From an uncultured Deinococcaceae bacterium (lineage in GTDB: Bacteria > Deinococcota > Deinococci > Deinococcales > Deinococcaceae): a DNA stretch of 64,000 nt. The position numbers and the translations under genes are program-made. The first letter of the stretch is position 1. Every line of letters begins with the position of its first letter. This document shows, piece by piece, positions 58,559-64,000 of this stretch. The DNA lies in NCBI GenBank assembly GCA_964252075.1, contig CAXULY010000013.1, positions 32,001 to 96,000 on the forward strand, in the 5' to 3' direction. The notes under the pieces were generated by a model. That model saw nothing but the letters and a program-made list of their open reading frames with translations, made no database searches and was not told the DNA's origin.

Positions 58559-61500
58559 ATGACCTCAGTTTCCTGGCGTTGTACCGTCCTGGGGCCCGCG
58601 CGGCTCACGGGGCCAAACACGGATCTGCTGCTGGAGCGCAAGGCGGCGGCCCTCATCGCGTACCTGGCGCTGGAGGGCGCCACGCACCGCGCGCGCCTCA
58701 CCCTGCTGCTGTGGCCCGAGACGCGAGAGACGGCCGCCCGCAACAACCTCGTGCAGTTGCTGCGTAAATTGCGCGTGGCGACTGGCGCGGAACTCATTGT
58801 GGGTGGGGAGCTGCTGTCCCTCGCGCCGGCCTTCGCGGTGGACGCGCTGGAGGCGCGCGGCCTCGTCACGCAGGGCCGCACGGCGGAGTTCGCGGCGCTC
58901 GATCCGTCGCTGCTGGCGGGCCTAAGTTACGACGACTGCCCGGACCTGGATGACTGGGTGACGGCGGAACGCGAGCGCTGGCTGGAGTGGCACACCTCGG
59001 CGCTGCGGGAGCAGGCGAGCGCGCTGGAGCAGCGCGGGGACGTGGAGGGCGCCCTGGTGTGGGCGCAGCGGCTGCTGACGACGGACCCCATCTCGGAGGA
59101 CGCGTGGCGGCGCGTGATGCGCCTGCAGTACGTGCGTGGTGACCGCCCGGCGGCGCTGCGGATGTACCAGCGGTGCCAGGAGGTGCTCGCACGGGAGCTG
59201 GGCGTGGAGCCCCTGCCGGAGACGGTGGCGCTCGCGCGGGAGATTGAGCGGGGTGCGGTCGCGGTGCCCGAGCGGCCCGTGCAGGCGCCGCCCCTCGCGA
59301 CGCTGCGCCCGCCGCGGCTGGTGGGGCGCGCGGCGGAGTGGGCGCGCATGGAGGCCGCGTGGGCGCGCGGGCAGTGGGTCGTGATTGCGGGCGAGCCGGG
59401 CGTGGGGAAGTCGCGCCTCGCGCTGGATTTCGCGGCGAGCAAGGGGGCGTTCGTGGTGTTCGCGGGCCGTCCGGGCGACGCGGACCAGCCGCAGGCGACG
59501 AACGCGCGCGCCCTGCGGGCGCTGATGGAGCACCAGGACCTGCCGCTGGAGCCGTGGGTGCGGCGCGAACTCGCGCGGGTGCTGCCGGAACTCGCGCCGG
59601 AGGGCGCGCCCCCCGCCATGACAAGCGAGGCGGACCTGCTGCGCTTTCGGCAGGCCCAGCGGGCCTGCTTTCAGGCGGCGTCGGGGGCCGTGGCGGCGGT
59701 GATCGCGGACGACTGGCAGTTCTTCGATTCCGGCTCGCGGCGCGACGGGGTGTTTCTGTTCTCGTCGGGTGGGCCGCTGGGCGAGCCGGGCGGCCTGCCG
59801 CGCCTGATCGTCACGTACCGGCGGGCCGAGCTGCCCGACGAGGCGGAGCGGGCGCTGCACCAGCTGCTCGCGCAGGACCTCGCGGTGCTGATTGAGCTGG
59901 GCGCCGTGCCGGATGAGGGCGCACAGGCGCTGCTGGATGACCTGGGCGTGCCGCCCGACGCCGGGACGCGCGCGCGTTTGTGGCGGCACGCGGGCGGCAA
60001 CCCGCTGTTCGTGCTGGAGACGGTGCGCCTGCTGCACGAGACGGGGCAGCTGGCGCGCGGGTGGCCGGAGCAGCTGCCGCTGCCGCAGAAGGTGCGGCAC
60101 CTGATCGGGCGGCGGCTCTCGCGGCTCTCCGCGCGGGCGGTGCAGGCGGCGCGCGCGGCGGCGGTGCTGCAGAGTGACTTCGACCTCGAACTGGTTGCGG
60201 AGGTGCTGGGCGCGCCGCTGCTGGACCTCGCGGAGGCGTGGGAGGAGCTGGAGGCCGCGCAGGTCACGCAGGGCGCGCGCTTCACGCACGACCTCGTGTA
60301 CGAGACGGTGGATGGCGGCACGCCCGCGTCCGTCCGTGCGCTCCTGCACCGCAGTGCGGCGCGCGTGCTGACCCGCGCGGGCGCGCGCCCCGCCCGCATT
60401 GCGCGGCACTGGCATGAGGGCGGCCGAACCGAGGAGGCCGCCGAGCAGTACGCCGCCGCCGCCGCGGACGCGCAGGCGCGCTACCAGATGGTGGAGACCG
60501 CGCAGTTGGGCGCCCTCGCGGCGGAGCTGTTCGAGGCGGCGGGGCAGCCGGACCGCGCCTTTGACGCCCTGAACCAGCGCCTCGCGTCCTTCGATGCGCA
60601 CGGGCATGACCTTCCCACCTACCGGCGGGAACTGGAGCGCCTCTCGGCGCTCGCGCGGACGCCCGCGCAGCGCGGTCATCTGGTGGTGCGTGAAGCGGAG
60701 GCGCTCGGCGCGTCCGGCGACCTGGAGGGCATGGGCCGCGTGGCGGCGGGCGGGCTGGCCTTCGCGCTGGAGGCGGGTGACACGCGGCTGGAGGCGCGCA
60801 TGCACGAGATCATGGCGGTCGCGGACCTGAAGCTGGGCCGCAACGCGTCCGCCCTGCCCGCGCTGCGGCGCCTGCGGGAGATCGGGGAGCAGCTTGCAGA
60901 TGTGCCCGTGCAGGCGCTCGCCCTGCAGGGACTCGGGCTGGTGCACGCCGCGTCCAACCCGCGCGAGGCGCTGGAGGTGTACCGCGCTGCCGCGGCGCTG
61001 GGGCGTGGCAACGACTTGCGCGGTCGGGCGACCATGCAGCACCGCGTCGCGCACATGCTGATGCTGCTGGGCAGGGTGCGCGCCTCACTGGACGCGTACA
61101 CCCAGGCGCGGGCGATGCTGGCGGGCAGCACCGGCCTCACGGACGTCCACGTGCTGATCGTGTACGGGCACGCCAGCTGCCAGCTGGCCCTCGGGGAGTA
61201 CGGCGGGGCGTGGCGGGATGTGCTGGAGCTGCAGGCCCTCGACCCGCAGCAGCTCACGCCCGCCGCCGTCACGGCGAGCATCGGGCATGCGCTCGCGCTG
61301 CGCAGCTTCGGTCGCGCGGACCTCGCGCTGGAGGTGCTGCGGGCCGCGCTGAGCCACCCGGCCTTCCAGGTGAACCTGCGCGCGCGCGGCCTCACGCTAT
61401 TCGGCGCGATCCTCGCGGACCTGGGCCGACTGGAGGAGGCGCGCGCCACCTTCGAGGACGCCGAGCGTGAGCTGGGCGAGGAAGCGCCCGTCGCGGTGTT

Positions 61501-61933
61501 CGGGGAGCTGCTCGCGCGCCGCGCCGTCGTGCTGGACCCCGCCGCGCGGTTGCGGGACGCGGGCACCCTGCGGGAACTCGCGGTGTCGCTGGGCCTCTCG
61601 GGGCTGCGCGACGCCGCGCTGGTGCGCGAGGCGGAGGCGCTCGTGGCGCTCGGTCGGCCTGCCGCCCTGCCGCCCGCGCCGGGCGAGGACGGCAACGTCG
61701 TTTTCAGCCCTGCCGAGTTGCACGGCGCGCGGGCGGCGGTGATCCGCGCGGATGGTGGGGACCCCACGCCTGAACTCGTGGCGGCGCGCGCGTGGCTGGA
61801 ACGCACGTGCACCGCGCTGCCCGAGGAGTTCCGGGCGGCGTTCATGCAGCGCCACGCGGACCTGATGAACGCCCCCGGGCGCATGCCGGTGGGCGCGGTC
61901 GGGCCGGACGCCAGGGCGGAGGAGGCCCCCTGA
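58559..61933 (+). CDS. Large transcriptional activator: wHTH-BTAD + P-loop ATPase + TPR-like repeats
   Basis: AALIAYLALEG, DPISEDAWRRVMRL (BTAD), GEPGVGKS Walker A, GGNPLFV, FTHDL, helical C-terminus. Confidence 0.9.
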   Translation: MTSVSWRCTVLGPARLTGPNTDLLLERKAAALIAYLALEGATHRARLTLLLWPETRETAARNNLVQLLRKLRVATGAELIVGGELLSLAPAFAVDALEARGLVTQGRTAEFAALDPSLLAGLSYDDCPDLDDWVTAERERWLEWHTSALREQASALEQRGDVEGALVWAQRLLTTDPISEDAWRRVMRLQYVRGDRPAALRMYQRCQEVLARELGVEPLPETVALAREIERGAVAVPERPVQAPPLATLRPPRLVGRAAEWARMEAAWARGQWVVIAGEPGVGKSRLALDFAASKGAFVVFAGRPGDADQPQATNARALRALMEHQDLPLEPWVRRELARVLPELAPEGAPPAMTSEADLLRFRQAQRACFQAASGAVAAVIADDWQFFDSGSRRDGVFLFSSGGPLGEPGGLPRLIVTYRRAELPDEAERALHQLLAQDLAVLIELGAVPDEGAQALLDDLGVPPDAGTRARLWRHAGGNPLFVLETVRLLHETGQLARGWPEQLPLPQKVRHLIGRRLSRLSARAVQAARAAAVLQSDFDLELVAEVLGAPLLDLAEAWEELEAAQVTQGARFTHDLVYETVDGGTPASVRALLHRSAARVLTRAGARPARIARHWHEGGRTEEAAEQYAAAAADAQARYQMVETAQLGALAAELFEAAGQPDRAFDALNQRLASFDAHGHDLPTYRRELERLSALARTPAQRGHLVVREAEALGASGDLEGMGRVAAGGLAFALEAGDTRLEARMHEIMAVADLKLGRNASALPALRRLREIGEQLADVPVQALALQGLGLVHAASNPREALEVYRAAAALGRGNDLRGRATMQHRVAHMLMLLGRVRASLDAYTQARAMLAGSTGLTDVHVLIVYGHASCQLALGEYGGAWRDVLELQALDPQQLTPAAVTASIGHALALRSFGRADLALEVLRAALSHPAFQVNLRARGLTLFGAILADLGRLEEARATFEDAERELGEEAPVAVFGELLARRAVVLDPAARLRDAGTLRELAVSLGLSGLRDAALVREAEALVALGRPAALPPAPGEDGNVVFSPAELHGARAAVIRADGGDPTPELVAARAWLERTCTALPEEFRAAFMQRHADLMNAPGRMPVGAVGPDARAEEAP

Positions 61934-61969
61934 CGCAAGGTGGGGTGCCCCGCCCGGTGGTGGGCGCGC

Positions 61970-62584
61970 CTACACGAAGATCAGGCCCAGCTGGATCGCG
62001 CGGGACGTGGCGCCCGCGCGGCTGTTCACCCCGAGTTTCCCGAACAGCGCCTGCACGTGGAACTTCACGGTGTTCTCGCTCACGCCCAGGCGCTGCGCGA
62101 CGCGTTTGTTGCTGAGGCCCTGCGCGATGAGGTCCAGCACGTCACGCTCGCGGGGCGTGAGCGGCTCGTCCAGCCGGGCTGGTCCGCCGCCCGGCGCGCC
62201 CCCCAGGTCACCCAGCTGCTCGGCGGGCAGGGCCGCGAGGCCCGCCGAGGCGGCGAGCACCCCCGCGCGCAGTTCGTTCGCGCTCGCCTCGGCGGGCAGC
62301 CACGCCCAGCCAGACGGCATCAGCGCCGCGACGTCCGCCACCGCGCGCGTGAGCGGCCCGAGCCCCACGAGCGGCAGGTCCGGCAGCGCGCCGAAGTCGG
62401 CGCTGGCGTCCAGCCAGCTCTCATCCACCACCAGCACCGCGGGCCGCGCCACATCCAGCGCCTCCGGCGGGTCGTCCAGCACCTCGAAGCCGAGCCGCCG
62501 CAGCAGCGCCACCACGCCCGCCTGCTGAATGGGGGAGCTGAGCTGCACCGCCACCAGCGGCGCTTCGCGCGGGTCGTCCATCAC
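61970..62584 (-). CDS. LuxR/NarL-type regulator with degenerate receiver domain
   Basis: LTPRERDVLDLIAQGLSNKRVAQRLGVSENTVKFHV. Confidence 0.9.
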   Translation of the reverse strand: MMDDPREAPLVAVQLSSPIQQAGVVALLRRLGFEVLDDPPEALDVARPAVLVVDESWLDASADFGALPDLPLVGLGPLTRAVADVAALMPSGWAWLPAEASANELRAGVLAASAGLAALPAEQLGDLGGAPGGGPARLDEPLTPRERDVLDLIAQGLSNKRVAQRLGVSENTVKFHVQALFGKLGVNSRAGATSRAIQLGLIFV

Positions 62585-62588
62585 GCCT

Positions 62589-63419
62589 TCAGCGTGCCTG
62601 CGGCACGAGGGTCAGCGCGTGCTCGCGCCCGGCGCGCAGAATCGTGAGGTGCGTGGGCTGACCGGGCCGCTGGCGCACGTGCGCCAGCAGGGCCGACACC
62701 GAGGTGAGCGGCTCGCCCTCCAGCGCGACCAGCAGGTCGCCGGGCAGCAGCACGCCATCCGCCGGGCTGCCCGCCTCGGTCGCCGTCACCGCGAGGCCCC
62801 AGCGCGCCGCGTGGCCCGCGGGGAGCCGCACGGGGTGCGTCTGCACGCCCAGGAAGCCGCGCGGCACGCGCCCGAGCGCCGCGAGCTGCTGCGCCACCTG
62901 CAGCACCAGCGGGGCGGGCAGCACGCTCAGCTGACCGCGCTGCGCCCCGGCGTTCAGGACGCCCAGCCAGCCGCCGCCCGCGCCCACGGCGAGCCCGCCG
63001 CTGCAGCCGGGAAAGGGCCGCGCGTCGCTGCGCCACCAGCCGCCGCCCTGCGGGTCGCCGAGGTCCGCAACGACGCCCGCACTCACCTGCACGCGGCGCG
63101 CGTCCGGGCGCGCGACCGCCACGAGCAGCTCGCCCAGCCGACCGGGCGCGGGCGGGGGCGCCTGCGCGGTCAGGTCGGGCACCTGCAGCAGCGCGAGGTC
63201 CGTGAGGGGGTCGCGGCCCAGCACCTGCGCGGCGCGCGCCGCGCCGTCCGCGTCCGTCACGGTGGGGTCGTCGTCGGGCAGCACGTGCGCGACCGTGACC
63301 ACCTGCCCCGGCGCGATCACGGTGCCGCTCACGGTGCGCGCGCCCGCCACGCTCACCACGGCGGGCGCGGCGCGCGCGACGAGTTGCGTGAGCGCGTCGG
63401 AGTACCCGCTGAGGTTCAT
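62589..63419 (-). CDS. Trypsin-like (S1C) serine protease with PDZ domain, no signal peptide
   Basis: TVAHV (His), DPLTDLALL (Asp), PGCSGG (Ser), RGFLGV...GSPA..GDLL PDZ. Confidence 0.85.
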   Translation of the reverse strand: MNLSGYSDALTQLVARAAPAVVSVAGARTVSGTVIAPGQVVTVAHVLPDDDPTVTDADGAARAAQVLGRDPLTDLALLQVPDLTAQAPPPAPGRLGELLVAVARPDARRVQVSAGVVADLGDPQGGGWWRSDARPFPGCSGGLAVGAGGGWLGVLNAGAQRGQLSVLPAPLVLQVAQQLAALGRVPRGFLGVQTHPVRLPAGHAARWGLAVTATEAGSPADGVLLPGDLLVALEGEPLTSVSALLAHVRQRPGQPTHLTILRAGREHALTLVPQAR

Positions 63420-63529
63420 GCCCTGACCTTACAGGCTGCGCGCCCGGCCGCACCCCACCCGTCCGGGGAGGGCGCCGCCCGCCCGAACGCGCGAGGCGCC
63501 CGCACGCGCGGCGGAACCACAATGCCCGC

Positions 63530-64000
63530 ATGACCACCAGCATGGACAGCGGCGCCCACGGGCGTCCCCCCTTCCTCGATTCGGCCTTCGCCAGCATCGT
63601 CACGGTGCGCGCCGCGCGCGGCCCCGCCGTGAGCGGCACCGTGGTCGGCCCGGAACTCGTCCTCGCGACCGCGCACGTGCTGCGCGGCGGCGCGGCCCAG
63701 GTCACGGCGGGCGGCGAGGCGGCGCGTGAGGCGAGCCTCGCAGGTCACGACCCCCTCACGGACCTCGCGCTGCTGCGCGTGCCCGGCCTGACGGCCCCGG
63801 CCCTCAGCGCGGGGCGCGCCGCGCAGCTGGGTGAGCCGGTGTTCGCCGTCGCGCGGCCCGCGAGCGGCCCCATGGTGACGGCTGGCATCCTGAGCGGCGA
63901 GGTGACGGGCCGCGGCGGTCAGCGCTGGCTCCTCACGGACGCGCGGCCCTTCCAGGGCTTCTCCGGCGGCGCGCTGGTGGGGGAGTCGGGGGCGCTGCTG
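63530..64000 (+). CDS. Trypsin-like (S1C) serine protease, truncated at window end
   Basis: Manual translation: MTTSMDS...LATAHV...HDPLTDLALL...PFQGFSGGALV; absent from the ORF track because it has no stop in the window. Confidence 0.85.
   Translation, partial: MTTSMDSGAHGRPPFLDSAFASIVTVRAARGPAVSGTVVGPELVLATAHVLRGGAAQVTAGGEAAREASLAGHDPLTDLALLRVPGLTAPALSAGRAAQLGEPVFAVARPASGPMVTAGILSGEVTGRGGQRWLLTDARPFQGFSGGALVGESGALL

Overview
This is a high-GC chromosomal window that looks like Deinococcus, judging by gene content and many leaderless-type TANNNT-N6-8-ATG starts. I found no integrase, transposase, prophage or CRISPR array. In order it contains: the 3' end of a tRNA and tig; an M16 peptidase pair; a cobalamin-riboswitch-controlled B12 uptake/salvage operon; an M32 carboxypeptidase; a crotonase; an AfsA/FabZ-like double-hotdog gene next to a membrane GGDEF-EAL protein; and a sulfite-oxidase-family gene facing an operon with a SmoF-like sugar ABC transporter and an SsuD-like monooxygenase (candidate sulfoquinovose-desulfonation locus, the top finding). 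Further on are a bacterial aeRF1-like protein; the glmS ribozyme and glmS; a GH42 beta-galactosidase; a two-gene unit under a nested palindrome; a MoxR-DUF58-VWA-VWA operon; a dGTPase; an 11-gene NanE/ROK/GH20/DUF4127 amino-sugar operon divergent from nagZ; a copper/cytochrome oxidase assembly cluster; tRNA-Lys(CTT); a BTAD-ATPase-TPR regulator; and an atypical LuxR regulator with two divergent trypsin-like proteases. All family calls come from motif recognition by eye; no database searches were run.
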